Counted from the stretch's first letter, positions 25,489 to 34,591 are shown. The stretch: DNA of 49,248 nucleotides from Minisyncoccota bacterium (GCA_041674285.1 JBAYVZ010000006.1:1-49248); one strand, 5' to 3'. The notes: generated by a model not told the origin, from the letters alone. A program made the numbers and translations.

Positions 25489-26733
25489 TTATTTTTTTGA
25501 TATCTGAATCAATCTTTTATATTTAATAATGCGTTCGTATTTCGTCGGAGCTCCGGCTTTTAATCCATAACATCCAAATGCATATGCGAGGTCAGCTATA
25601 AAGTCATCATCCGTCTCGCCACTCCTGTGACTGACTATGATGTCAATATTGTTCTCACGGGCTAGCTTCATGGTATCTAGCGTCTCGGTTAGTGTGCCTA
25701 TCTGGTTTGGCTTTATTATTATTGTATTGATACTATCTTTTTGAATTGCTTTTTCCAAGAGCTTTACATTGGTAACAGTCAGATCATCGCCGACTACCTT
25801 TATATTCATATCATTTTTTAATTTTTGAAAATCTGCAAAGGCTTCTTCGTGGAATGGATCTTCGATGGATAAAATGTTGAATTCTTTTATGAGGTCTTTG
25901 TATATATTCATCAATTCATCTCTTGAGATTTTCTTGCCATCTATGTCGTACTTACTCTCATCTTTTCCGAATATTGTAAATTCTGGAGTACAGAATGATG
26001 ACGCTGCTACGTCCATAGCAAGGCGCACCTCACACCCTAGGGCATTTTCATCTATCGCACGACGGAGGTATTCTAGCGGTTTTTTTATATCTGTTATTTT
26101 TGGAGCAAAACCTCCTTCATCTCCCATGGGTACTTCATTTATATCAAGGTCACGACATAGCATATCCTCGATAGATTCTTGAACTTTGATACCTATCTTT
26201 ACTGCTTGTTTTACATCATTTGTAAAAGGAACTATGTGGTACTCCTGGAAAGCTAGATTATTGTTGGCATGCTTGCCTCCATTTATCAGGTTCATATATA
26301 GCAGTGGAACCATACGAGATGGCTTGATATCTGCGAGTGTGCGGAGATATTTATATAAATCCATATTTTTTGCTTCAGCTGTGGCTTTGGCTACTGCTAT
26401 AGATACACCTATGAGTGCATTGCCACCAAGATTTTTCTTTTGTTTTGTGTCATCAAGTTCCCGCATTATATTGTCGATGAGTTTTTGGTTTGATGCCTCT
26501 TTACCTAGTAGGGCGGGAGCTATTTTCTTGTTTATATTTTCAATTACCTTTTTTACACCTTTACCGTCTTTGTCACGGAGCTCGTATGCCTCGTGGGATC
26601 CGGTACTGGCACCAGAGGGTACAGAAAATGAACCAGTAGATTTTCCGATCTCTACTGTTACACAGATGGTGGGATTGCCTCGTGAATCCTTTATCTCTGT
26701 AGCAAAAATTTTAGTAATTTTACTTTGGCTCAT
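25489..26733 (-). CDS. eno: enolase
   Basis: [18 protein letters not shown] and the typical length of 414 aa. Its stop lies 1 nt before the pyk ATG. Confidence 0.95.
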   Translation of the reverse strand: MSQSKITKIFATEIKDSRGNPTICVTVEIGKSTGSFSVPSGASTGSHEAYELRDKDGKGVKKVIENINKKIAPALLGKEASNQKLIDNIMRELDDTKQKKNLGGNALIGVSIAVAKATAEAKNMDLYKYLRTLADIKPSRMVPLLYMNLINGGKHANNNLAFQEYHIVPFTNDVKQAVKIGIKVQESIEDMLCRDLDINEVPMGDEGGFAPKITDIKKPLEYLRRAIDENALGCEVRLAMDVAASSFCTPEFTIFGKDESKYDIDGKKISRDELMNIYKDLIKEFNILSIEDPFHEEAFADFQKLKNDMNIKVVGDDLTVTNVKLLEKAIQKDSINTIIIKPNQIGTLTETLDTMKLARENNIDIIVSHRSGETDDDFIADLAYAFGCYGLKAGAPTKYERIIKYKRLIQISKK

Positions 26734-26850
26734 CTCGTTAGAGATAGATAATGTTTACATTATCGTATCTTATTAATTTTAATATCAAAAAATTATTTTT
26801 ATAAATATAATAAGCTATAACACATTTTTAACATACACATCTCTAACGGG
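26734..26850 (-). mobile_element. ORF-less inverted-repeat element (MITE-like), copy 3
   Basis: The minus strand reads CCCGTTAGAG...[AT-rich]...CTCTAACGAG and abuts the eno ATG. Its termini and internal segment AATTTTTTGATATTAAAAT are shared with the copy at 44196..44311. Confidence 0.55.
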
Positions 26851-28123
26851 ACTGATTTGTATTTTTAAATAATATCATGATATCTGACACATTTGCATTT
26901 GTGGGTCCAGTCATAATCATATCTCCAATCTTTTCAAATGCACTGTATGCATCAAAATTCTCTATGTAATTTTTTATATCAATCTCTTTGTTTAAAACTT
27001 TTTCTTTTGTATGTACATCTATTATAGCACCTGCGCCAGCACTATTATCCATACCATCAGATGCGAGAGGGATGAATACTGAGTGCTCGCCAATTTTTTC
27101 TATCGCTTTTAGTCCCATGTACATATTTCTGCCACCAGAGCCACCTTTTTTTGTGACTACTAGTTTAGGCTCACCGGCTGCTATGATCACTGTGCCGTCT
27201 TTTTCATTTTCCATTATTTTCTCTAGTGCAGAGTCTACTTCATCGTATAATTCATTTGATACAACTATGGATGGATATCCTAATTCTTTAGCTTTTTGCT
27301 CCATTGCTTCTGTGGCGGTCTTGTTTGATACTAGGACAAAATTATTTACTTTTTCAAAATATTTATCTTCCTTGGGTGTCTCATTTAGATTAAATTCACC
27401 AAGATTGTAGTGGGCTATAATCTTTTCGGCATCATTTATAGTAGTCGTATCTTTGTATGTGGGGCCAGATGCAACATCTTCAAATTTATCTCCTGGTACA
27501 TCAGAAAATACCAATCCGATGACTGTAGCAGGGTAGGCGATCTTGGCCAGGCCTCCACCCTTGAGCATTGATATGTGTTTGCGTACTGTATTTATCTCGC
27601 TGATAGTATTGCCTGTTTTTAGGAATGTATTGTATAGAGTTTCCCCTTGGACACACTCGCTCTCTGGGTAGCATAATAATGCTGATCCACCACCAGATAC
27701 TATAGCTATGACCAGCTCATCTTCTTTTGCTCCGTCTGCTATTTCGTATATCTCTTTGCCGGGTCCCACATTGGCATGTGATGGTCGTGGGTGCGTGCCA
27801 GCGAAAGTACGTATAACAGGACAAATCTTTTGAGATAGTCCTATTACTGCACCTTCGGAAATCTTGTCCTTTAGTATTTCCTCTAATGCGTATGCGGCCT
27901 CACAAGAACATTTTCCAAAACCTACAACTTTTATTTTTGAAAATTTTGATAGATCAAAAGTTTGCCCCTGGATCGACAATATCTCTCCATCAAGCTGGAT
28001 AGATCTCTTTATCACCATTTCTGTGTTGATAGCATCGAGACCTGCCTCGGCAATAGCCAGAGCAACTTTGCGATTTTCTGTGGTTGCTATATCTTCATAA
28101 TTTTTAATCCAGTGTTTGCGCAT
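26843..28123 (-). CDS. glycerate 2-kinase (DUF4147/MOFRL type)
   Basis: VVGFGKCSCEAAYALEE, VSGGGSALL and C-terminal ASDGMDNSAGAGAI. The last two codons and the TAG stop lie inside the repeat element. Confidence 0.85.
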   Translation of the reverse strand: MRKHWIKNYEDIATTENRKVALAIAEAGLDAINTEMVIKRSIQLDGEILSIQGQTFDLSKFSKIKVVGFGKCSCEAAYALEEILKDKISEGAVIGLSQKICPVIRTFAGTHPRPSHANVGPGKEIYEIADGAKEDELVIAIVSGGGSALLCYPESECVQGETLYNTFLKTGNTISEINTVRKHISMLKGGGLAKIAYPATVIGLVFSDVPGDKFEDVASGPTYKDTTTINDAEKIIAHYNLGEFNLNETPKEDKYFEKVNNFVLVSNKTATEAMEQKAKELGYPSIVVSNELYDEVDSALEKIMENEKDGTVIIAAGEPKLVVTKKGGSGGRNMYMGLKAIEKIGEHSVFIPLASDGMDNSAGAGAIIDVHTKEKVLNKEIDIKNYIENFDAYSAFEKIGDMIMTGPTNANVSDIMILFKNTNQSR

Positions 28124-28127
28124 AGTT

Positions 28128-29135
28128 TTATATTTTAATTGTATTTTTTATTTGACCCTGCTGGAAAGAATTTATATTTTCTATCGTCGTATTTATTATC
28201 TCATTCTCAGCTTCTTCTGTGTAAAATGCCACGTGAGGAGTGATTATGACTTCAGGGATATTTATCAAAACATGATTTTCGAGTAGGGTTTTATAATTTA
28301 TATTATTTTGTGCATCACTGTATTTTAGGTGGAATTCTTCTTTCAATTCTCTTTCACCTTCGAGTACATCCAATCCTGCTCCAGCTATGATGCCATTTTG
28401 TATGCCCAGCAAAATAGCTTCGGTGTCTACGAGCTCACCTCGTGCAGTATTCACTATATATGCACCTTTTTTCATCTTCATTATATTGTCCTTGTTTATC
28501 ATGTGGTTGTTGTCCTTTGTGTATGGTGCGTGCAGTGTCACAATGTCTGATCCGGAGAGCAACTCATCGAGTGTCACATACTTAACACTCTCACTTTTTG
28601 CATAATCTGTATTAGGGAATAGGTCGTAGGCCAGGATATTCATATTGAAACCCTTTGCCATGCGGATGACATTTTTACCTATGCGCCCCGTACCAACTAC
28701 GCCCAATGTCTTTCCACACAGGTCAAATCCTTTTAATTCTGATAGATTAAAATTGCCACCTTCTTTGACCTGATGAGATGCCTGGAATATTTTACGAGAG
28801 AGATTCAGTATTAAACCAAAAGTGAATTCTGCTACTGTGTCTGAACCATAAGATGGGACATTGGACACTCCGATATTTTTTTCTTTTGCATGTGCACCGT
28901 CTATATGATCGTATCCAGTAGATCTAGTAACTATGTATTTTAGATTTGGTAGCGCATCTATGATATCTTTTTTGACTTCAGAATTTATAAATACACATAG
29001 TATATCTGCATCAACAGCCTTCTCTGTATTTTCTGTGGAGAGTTTTTCTTCGTAAAATTCAACATCTTGACCTGATAGTAAATTCTGATACTTTATCTTG
29101 TCCTCGGCTGATATTTCAAAAAATATTGTTTTCAT
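28128..29135 (-). CDS. D-isomer-specific 2-hydroxyacid dehydrogenase (glycerate/hydroxypyruvate or D-lactate type)
   Basis: GVVGTGRIGKNV Rossmann motif, catalytic-region pattern ...NTARGELVD..., and HVAFYT. Confidence 0.85.
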   Translation of the reverse strand: MKTIFFEISAEDKIKYQNLLSGQDVEFYEEKLSTENTEKAVDADILCVFINSEVKKDIIDALPNLKYIVTRSTGYDHIDGAHAKEKNIGVSNVPSYGSDTVAEFTFGLILNLSRKIFQASHQVKEGGNFNLSELKGFDLCGKTLGVVGTGRIGKNVIRMAKGFNMNILAYDLFPNTDYAKSESVKYVTLDELLSGSDIVTLHAPYTKDNNHMINKDNIMKMKKGAYIVNTARGELVDTEAILLGIQNGIIAGAGLDVLEGERELKEEFHLKYSDAQNNINYKTLLENHVLINIPEVIITPHVAFYTEEAENEIINTTIENINSFQQGQIKNTIKI

Positions 29136-29193
29136 CTTTATATTATATCAGAAAATATATATAGCAGGGTAGCAGTATTCGTGATAAATATCT

Positions 29194-29221
29194 TTGACTT
29201 TAATGGTTTTTGTGCTATATT
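29194..29221 (+). promoter_or_regulatory. sigma70-type promoter with extended -10
   Basis: TTGACT (29194-29199), 16-nt spacer, TGcTATATT (29213-29221). Confidence 0.55.
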
Positions 29222-29238
29222 AAAAAAAAATTCCATTT

Positions 29239-29261
29239 TAAAAACCAAAACCCAAAAACCC
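29239..29261 (+). promoter_or_regulatory. A/C-rich leader motif TAAAAACCAAAACCCAAAAACCC
   Basis: Lies 6 nt upstream of ATG 29268; same motif class as 8031, 21519(-) and 41937. Confidence 0.35.
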
Positions 29262-29267
29262 ATTAAG

Positions 29268-29699
29268 ATGAAGAGAACTGTATTAGAAAAATTGACAGCT
29301 AATTCTATTGTTTATGTTGAATATGCTGAACGCGGAAGAGCTCCTGGTGCTGTATTTGTTAATCAGACTAAATCTGATGATTCAGAGGAGAGCACCTTTT
29401 TATTTTTAGGTAGGTCTGTTGACTACTTGATTAACCATTGTAATGTTGTCGACATAGAAGAAACAAAAGATTGTAATTCCTATTTTTTTGCTGAGAAGAA
29501 TTTTTCTCTTGATTCTATCAAAATCAAAACATTTCGCCCTCTTACCCCTCCTGAAATTAAAAAAATCTGCGAGCGTGTAAAAGACTTCAAGAATGGTTCA
29601 AAAAATGCCCAAAAGATACACAAATTTTTTTCGTCGGCATTCTTTAGTGCTAGCATTGGAAAGACGGTTCAATACCATCAACCCAGCGCTTCTTCGTAA
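29268..29699 (+). CDS. hypothetical protein
   Basis: 143 aa counted from the first ATG downstream of the promoter and leader; no motif recognised. Confidence 0.45.
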   Translation: MKRTVLEKLTANSIVYVEYAERGRAPGAVFVNQTKSDDSEESTFLFLGRSVDYLINHCNVVDIEETKDCNSYFFAEKNFSLDSIKIKTFRPLTPPEIKKICERVKDFKNGSKNAQKIHKFFSSAFFSASIGKTVQYHQPSASS

Positions 29700-29719
29700 T
29701 TTTGGTTTACCAAACATGT

Positions 29720-29746
29720 AGAGCTATCTTCGGATGGCTCTTTTTG
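29720..29746 (+). terminator. intrinsic terminator
   Basis: agagctatc-ttcg-gatggctct stem followed by T5. Confidence 0.7.
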
Positions 29747-29764
29747 TATATATACTCGAATCTT

Positions 29765-29773
29765 TGGTATAAT
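29765..29773 (+). promoter_or_regulatory. extended -10 box (TGgTATAAT) 6 nt upstream of ATG 29780
   Basis: TGGTATAAT-aaaaac-ATG. Confidence 0.5.
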
Positions 29774-29779
29774 AAAAAC

Positions 29780-30823
29780 ATGAAATTATTTACATCATCA
29801 AAAAACAAGAAAGTTCGTGTCGCTATTAATGGTTTTGGTCGTATCGGTCGTGCATTCTTAAAGATTGCTTGGGATAGGGAGGATATAGAGATAGTCGCTG
29901 TGAATGATCTAGGTTCTCTTGAATCTCTAGCATATCTACTCCGTCACGATACTGTATATAGAAACTGGAATCACGATGTGAAGATTGTAGGCACAGATAT
30001 GGTTATCGATGGAAAGACTGTAAAGTTTGTTTCTGAGAAGGATACTACAAAATTACCATGGAAAGATTTAAATATTGATGTAGTTGTAGAATCTACAGGA
30101 CTATTCACTGCATTCGACAAAGCAAAATTCCACATCGACTGTGGAGCTCGCAAGGTCGTGATCTCTGCTCCCTCAAAGGGGTCTGATGGAACTGTGCCAG
30201 GCGAGACAATACTCTTGGGTGTGAATGAAGATAAATTCGGTACATGCGAAATCACATCAAATGCATCTTGTACTACAAATGCATCAAGTCCACTTATCGC
30301 CATCCTTCATAAGGAGCTAGGCATTGAAAAAGCAATCCTAAATACTGTGCATGGGTACACAGCATCTCAGTCACTAGTAGATGGTCCAAGTAAAAAGGAT
30401 CTCCGTGAGGGTCGTGCTGCTGCTCAGAATATCGTACCTTCATCTACAGGTGCTGCGATCGCAGTCACAGAAGCATTCCCAGATCTAAAGGGGTTATTCG
30501 ATGGTATATCTATCCGCGTGCCAGTACCAGCAGGATCAATAGTAGATGTGACATTCATATCAAAGAAGGAGACTACTGCTGAAGAAGTGAATGCGATACT
30601 GACAAAGGCTGCAAACGATCCACACTGGAGTAAAATCTTTGCAGTCACAGATGAACCATTAGTATCATCTGATATCCTAGGTAATTCACATGCATCTATA
30701 GCGGACCTAGCTATGACTCGTGTAGTAGGTGGCAATCTAGTAAAAGTAATGGGCTGGTATGACAATGAGTATGGATACACATCTACACTAGTAGATCACG
30801 TAGTAAAAACTGGAAGTAAGTAA
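29780..30823 (+). CDS. gap: glyceraldehyde-3-phosphate dehydrogenase, type I
   Basis: INGFGRIGR, SNASCTTN (catalytic Cys) and WYDNEYGY. Start moved to ATG 29780. Confidence 0.95.
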   Translation: MKLFTSSKNKKVRVAINGFGRIGRAFLKIAWDREDIEIVAVNDLGSLESLAYLLRHDTVYRNWNHDVKIVGTDMVIDGKTVKFVSEKDTTKLPWKDLNIDVVVESTGLFTAFDKAKFHIDCGARKVVISAPSKGSDGTVPGETILLGVNEDKFGTCEITSNASCTTNASSPLIAILHKELGIEKAILNTVHGYTASQSLVDGPSKKDLREGRAAAQNIVPSSTGAAIAVTEAFPDLKGLFDGISIRVPVPAGSIVDVTFISKKETTAEEVNAILTKAANDPHWSKIFAVTDEPLVSSDILGNSHASIADLAMTRVVGGNLVKVMGWYDNEYGYTSTLVDHVVKTGSK

Positions 30824-30835
30824 TATGTTTAAAAT

Positions 30836-30866
30836 AAAAGCCCTATATATAGGGCTTTTATTTTTG
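30836..30866 (+). terminator. intrinsic terminator
   Basis: agccctata/tatagggct stem followed by T-runs. Confidence 0.75.
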
Positions 30867-30873
30867 CTAAAAA

Positions 30874-30882
30874 TGCTATAAT
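30874..30882 (+). promoter_or_regulatory. extended -10 box (TGcTATAAT) 6 nt upstream of ATG 30889
   Basis: TGCTATAAT-gggggt-ATGAAT. This ATGAAT is the left duplicate of the rpiB start, so the box is the presumed original rpiB promoter. Confidence 0.45.
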
Positions 30883-30894
30883 GGGGGTATGAAT

Positions 30895-31168
30895 CCCGTT
30901 AGAGATTATTTATGTTTTATACTTACGTAATTAAAAGTAAAAAAGATGGTAAACTTTACACAGGAAGTACAAATGACCTACGGAAGCGCCTTATTCAGCA
31001 CAACACTGGCAAATCTACCCATACGAAAGGACGCGGCCCATTTGTCATTATTTATTACGAAGCATGTTTAGATGAGCACAAAGCTCGGTCGAGAGAATTA
31101 TTTTTAAAAACGGGAATGGGCAAGCGTTATCTCAAGAACAGACTTGGCGCTTCCTATCTCTAAACGGG
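30895..31168 (+). mobile_element. inverted-repeat-bounded element carrying a GIY-YIG gene, copy 1
   Basis: CCCGTTAGAG (30895-30904) and CTCTAAACGGG (31158-31168) are imperfect inverted repeats. They are flanked by the direct repeat ATGAA at 30889-30893 and 31169-31173. Confidence 0.6.
30912..31163 (+). CDS. GIY-YIG nuclease superfamily protein (YhbQ/UPF0213-like, 83 aa)
   Basis: FYTYVIKSKKDGKLYTGSTNDLRKRLIQHN...YYE carries the GIY, YIG, Arg and Glu positions. The stop TAA lies inside the right inverted repeat. Confidence 0.85.
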   Translation: MFYTYVIKSKKDGKLYTGSTNDLRKRLIQHNTGKSTHTKGRGPFVIIYYEACLDEHKARSRELFLKTGMGKRYLKNRLGASYL

Positions 31169-31627
31169 ATGAAAATCTATATAGGTACAGACCATGCGGG
31201 ATTGGAATTAAAAGAAAAAATAAAAATATATTTAGAAGAAAAAGGCCATGAAGTGTATGATAAAGGGGCTTTTGGTTATAACGGGGAAGATGATTATCCT
31301 GATTTTATAATTCCCGTTGCAGAAGAGGTAGCGAAGGATCCGGATTGTATGGGTATAATCCTAGGTGGTTCCGGACAAGGAGAAGCTATGTGTTCAAATC
31401 GTATCCATGGGGTACGAGCTTGCGCATATTACGGTAGCTCATTTGAGATTCCAAAGCTCGCTCGAGCACACAATAATGCAAACATCTTGTCGATAGGAGC
31501 ACGATTTGTGAGTGAATTTGAAGCTAAAGACGTCCTCGATATATTCCTTGGTACACCTTTTTCTGGAGATGAGCGACATGTACGTCGAATTAGTAAAATA
31601 GATAACCTACTAGAAGCTAGAAACTAG
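31169..31627 (+). CDS. rpiB: ribose-5-phosphate isomerase B
   Basis: MKIYIGTDHAGLELKEKI..., GGSGQGEAMCSNR, 152 aa. Confidence 0.9.
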   Translation: MKIYIGTDHAGLELKEKIKIYLEEKGHEVYDKGAFGYNGEDDYPDFIIPVAEEVAKDPDCMGIILGGSGQGEAMCSNRIHGVRACAYYGSSFEIPKLARAHNNANILSIGARFVSEFEAKDVLDIFLGTPFSGDERHVRRISKIDNLLEARN

Positions 31628-31645
31628 CCACTAGAACCTAATCAT

Positions 31646-32347
31646 ATGGAAATAGTACCCGCAATATTAGTCAGAAGTTTTCGAGAGCTTCAAGATAGAC
31701 TCGCATTTGTGTCTAGACTTTCAAACACAGTTCATGTGGATTTTTGTGATGGTCGCTTTGTGACAGCGCAGACTTGGCCATATACTTACGGAGGATTCGA
31801 GGAAGACGTACATGCGCTGCATATACTAGATGAAGAGGAGGGTATGCCGTACTGGGATACTATGGATTTCGAATTTGATCTGATGGTAAAAAATCCACAC
31901 CTGGTGATGGATACTTTTATAAAATTAGGTGCAAAGAAATTGATTTTTCATATTGAATCTGTCTCAGATACTTCTGAATTCTTGGAATTCCTAGAAGGTA
32001 TAGATATGTACACTCGTGAGAATACAGAGCTGGGTATAGCTATAAATACTACGACAGATGTAGAAGTGTTGAAGCCATTCTTAATTCATGTAGATTTTAT
32101 TCAATGTATGGGCATAGCTCATATTGGCCGACAAGGCGAGGCTTTTGACGAAAGAGTATTTGAGCAAATTAAAAAAATAAGAGCTATGGATCCGCAAATG
32201 ATGATCGCAGTAGATGGTAGTGTGAATATGGCCACTGCTCCGATGCTAGTAGACCTAGGTGTCCGCAAGCTCGTAGTAGGATCTGCGATACTCGAAGATT
32301 CAGATCCTGTGAGTGTGATAGAAGATATGCGTGGCTTAGTAGAATAA
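31646..32347 (+). CDS. rpe: ribulose-phosphate 3-epimerase-like protein (divergent)
   Basis: IVPAIL..., HVDFCDGRFV, FHIE, AVDGSVN and VVGSAI follow the Rpe barrel order but are divergent. Pentose-phosphate neighbours support the call. Confidence 0.6.
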   Translation: MEIVPAILVRSFRELQDRLAFVSRLSNTVHVDFCDGRFVTAQTWPYTYGGFEEDVHALHILDEEEGMPYWDTMDFEFDLMVKNPHLVMDTFIKLGAKKLIFHIESVSDTSEFLEFLEGIDMYTRENTELGIAINTTTDVEVLKPFLIHVDFIQCMGIAHIGRQGEAFDERVFEQIKKIRAMDPQMMIAVDGSVNMATAPMLVDLGVRKLVVGSAILEDSDPVSVIEDMRGLVE

Positions 32348-32366
32348 ATATGTTAAAATATATTTA

Positions 32367-33233
32367 ATGAATCTTACTGACGAAAAAATAAAAGATCTTT
32401 CTCTTCGCGCGGAGAGAATCCGCGAGAGTATCATCGAGATGCTAGTTGAAGCGGGATCTGGACACACTGCAGGACCTCTGGGTATGGCAGATGTTTTTAC
32501 TACGCTTTATTTTCATTCATTACGCCATGATCCAAAGAATCCAGAATGGAAAGAGCGCGACAGAGTAGTCCTATCCAATGGTCATATCTGTCCGATACTA
32601 TATGCCACTATGGCGCATTCAGGTTATTTCCCTATAGAAGAATTAAAGACTTTGAGAAAATTTGGATCTCGACTACAGGGTCATCCACATCGTGAGTATT
32701 TGCCATTTTTAGATACTAGTTCTGGTCCATTAGGAGAGGGACTAGGTCAAGCTGTAGGTATGGCATTAGCTGATCGTATAGATTTTGGAGACAAGAGTGA
32801 TAGATTCATATACTGCTTTTTAGGAGATGGGGAATTAAACGAGGGCTCAAATTGGGAGGCTATCATGCTAGCCGGTAAAGAGCGTCTCCGTAATCTGATA
32901 GTGATAGTAGATAGGAATAATATCCAGATAGATGGATACACAGAGGACATCATGCCATTGGATAATCTGATAAATAAATGGCAATCATTCAACTGGCATG
33001 TAGAAGAGATAGATGGGCACAATTTTGAAAATATCAGCAATGCTATAGACATAGCAAAAGCAGTATACGAGAGGCCATCTGTCATTATCGCCCGCACCAT
33101 CCCAGGACGTGGGGTAAAAGAATTCGAGCGTGATTATCGCTGGCACGGCAAGCCACCTACAAAAGAAGAGGGAAGAATCGCATTACAAGAACTCCGCACC
33201 CTGGGTGGTAAAATAAAAGGCGAGCATCAATAA
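32367..33233 (+). CDS. tkt: transketolase, N-terminal (ThDP-binding) subunit
   Basis: GSGHTAGPLGMADV, GDGELNEGSNWEA. Confidence 0.9.
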   Translation: MNLTDEKIKDLSLRAERIRESIIEMLVEAGSGHTAGPLGMADVFTTLYFHSLRHDPKNPEWKERDRVVLSNGHICPILYATMAHSGYFPIEELKTLRKFGSRLQGHPHREYLPFLDTSSGPLGEGLGQAVGMALADRIDFGDKSDRFIYCFLGDGELNEGSNWEAIMLAGKERLRNLIVIVDRNNIQIDGYTEDIMPLDNLINKWQSFNWHVEEIDGHNFENISNAIDIAKAVYERPSVIIARTIPGRGVKEFERDYRWHGKPPTKEEGRIALQELRTLGGKIKGEHQ

Positions 33234-33239
33234 TTTTTT

Positions 33240-34250
33240 ATGCTAAATCCACAATTACATTTAAATACAAATTTGTTTGATCCAAATGTAGAACAATTAC
33301 CAACTCGTAAGGGTTTTGGCGAGGGGCTACGTGAGGCCGGTATACGCAATGACAATGTTGTGGCTCTTTGTGCTGATCTGACTGAATCTACTCAGATGAA
33401 TCTATTCAAAGAAAAATTTGAAAATCGTTTTTTTGAGATGGGTATAGCAGAACAGAATATGGCAGTGGTAGCATCAGGTATGGCTGCAATGGGAAAAATC
33501 CCATATATGTCTTCTTATGCTATGTTCTCCCCGGGGCGCAACTGGGAGCAGATCCGTACTACTATCGCATACAATAATCAAAAGGTTGTCATCGTAGGAT
33601 CTCATGCTGGTGTGTCTGTAGGGCCGGACGGTGGTACTCATCAGGCGATAGAGGATATCGCTCTGATGCGCGTGATACCAAATATGACTGTGGTTTATCC
33701 AGCGGATTCTGTAGAAGCAAAGAAGGCGACTCTGGCTGCAATGTACAACAAGACTCCGATATATATCCGTCTTGCTCGTGAAAAGAGTCCGATAATCACT
33801 ACACCCGAGACTCCCTTTGAAATAGGAAAAGCTCAATTAATGTTTATACCCGAGGTGGGCCTCGCCCAGGTAGGTATCCTCGCCACAGGGCCACTACTAG
33901 CACGTGCATTATTTGCAGCAAAGGAATTAGAGAAGAGGGGTGTGAGAGTAAAAGTATTGAGTCTGACTACTATAAAGCCACTAGATACAAATGCAATACT
34001 TGCTCTTGCTCAAGAAGCCAAGGCAATAGTCACAGTAGAGGAGCATCAGATAGCAGGGGGTATGGGTTCGGCTGTAGCAGAATACCTAGCCAAGGTTTAT
34101 CCAGTGCATATGGAATTCGTCGGAGTAGATGATGCCTTTGGTCAATCGGGAACTCAGGACGAGCTCATCGCTCACTACAATATGGATACTCCAAATATAA
34201 TCAAAGCATGCGAAAAGGTGATAGATAGAAAGAGTAAGATATATCAATAG
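33240..34250 (+). CDS. tkt: transketolase, C-terminal (pyrimidine-binding) subunit
   Basis: FEMGIAEQNM, GPDGGTHQAIEDIALMR. Confidence 0.9.
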   Translation: MLNPQLHLNTNLFDPNVEQLPTRKGFGEGLREAGIRNDNVVALCADLTESTQMNLFKEKFENRFFEMGIAEQNMAVVASGMAAMGKIPYMSSYAMFSPGRNWEQIRTTIAYNNQKVVIVGSHAGVSVGPDGGTHQAIEDIALMRVIPNMTVVYPADSVEAKKATLAAMYNKTPIYIRLAREKSPIITTPETPFEIGKAQLMFIPEVGLAQVGILATGPLLARALFAAKELEKRGVRVKVLSLTTIKPLDTNAILALAQEAKAIVTVEEHQIAGGMGSAVAEYLAKVYPVHMEFVGVDDAFGQSGTQDELIAHYNMDTPNIIKACEKVIDRKSKIYQ

Positions 34251-34254
34251 AAAA

Positions 34255-34293
34255 TAAAAAATAACCCTTGTCGTAGACTCGGGTTATTTTTTG
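34255..34293. terminator. bidirectional intrinsic terminator
   Basis: ataaccc/gggttat stem flanked by A6 and T6, between convergent genes. Confidence 0.7.
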
Positions 34294-34311
34294 TTTAGTT
34301 TTTTTGTGATT

Positions 34312-34557
34312 TTAAAAGCAAAAACCTCTTAGATTTAATCTACCTTTGTTCACAATCGAAGTGACGATGTTTTTGTACATTTCTCTACCCCCAATTTTTC
34401 CATCATCGGCAGCAACATCTGTGTCTTCGTTCGTGTCAGTTAGGTTTGCTAAATTTTGATTTGCTTCGTTTAAGTCAACCATCATTTGACTAGAACTGTT
34501 TTTTTCACAAGACAATCTTTTCTGGATTTTCTTGTAATTTTCTTCGATACGATCCAT
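34312..34557 (-). CDS. hypothetical small acidic protein
   Basis: Start set at ATG 34557 because a TTGACA-17-TATAGT promoter lies inside the longer track ORF. Confidence 0.4.
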   Translation of the reverse strand: MDRIEENYKKIQKRLSCEKNSSSQMMVDLNEANQNLANLTDTNEDTDVAADDGKIGGREMYKNIVTSIVNKGRLNLRGFCF

Positions 34558-34591
34558 TGTGCTTGTTATTTTATTTGTGTGATTTTTCGTT

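Noticed and set aside
26186-26776. 196-aa plus-strand ORF; similar long antisense ORFs include 21502..21915(-), 10664..10975(-), 11027..11377(-), 14150..14488(-), 35185..35586(+), 33474..33836(-) and 39899..40393(-)
   Set aside because: All lie entirely opposite strongly supported conserved genes (eno, the ThDP enzyme, ABC-F, copA, PfkB kinase, tkt, guaB). They have low-complexity or Ser/Pro/Arg-rich translations typical of shadow frames.
32367-34250. Transketolase split into two ORFs, possibly a pseudogene or frameshift
   Set aside because: There is a clean TAA, a 6-nt gap and a new ATG at the normal domain boundary. The two-subunit transketolase is a well-known natural arrangement.
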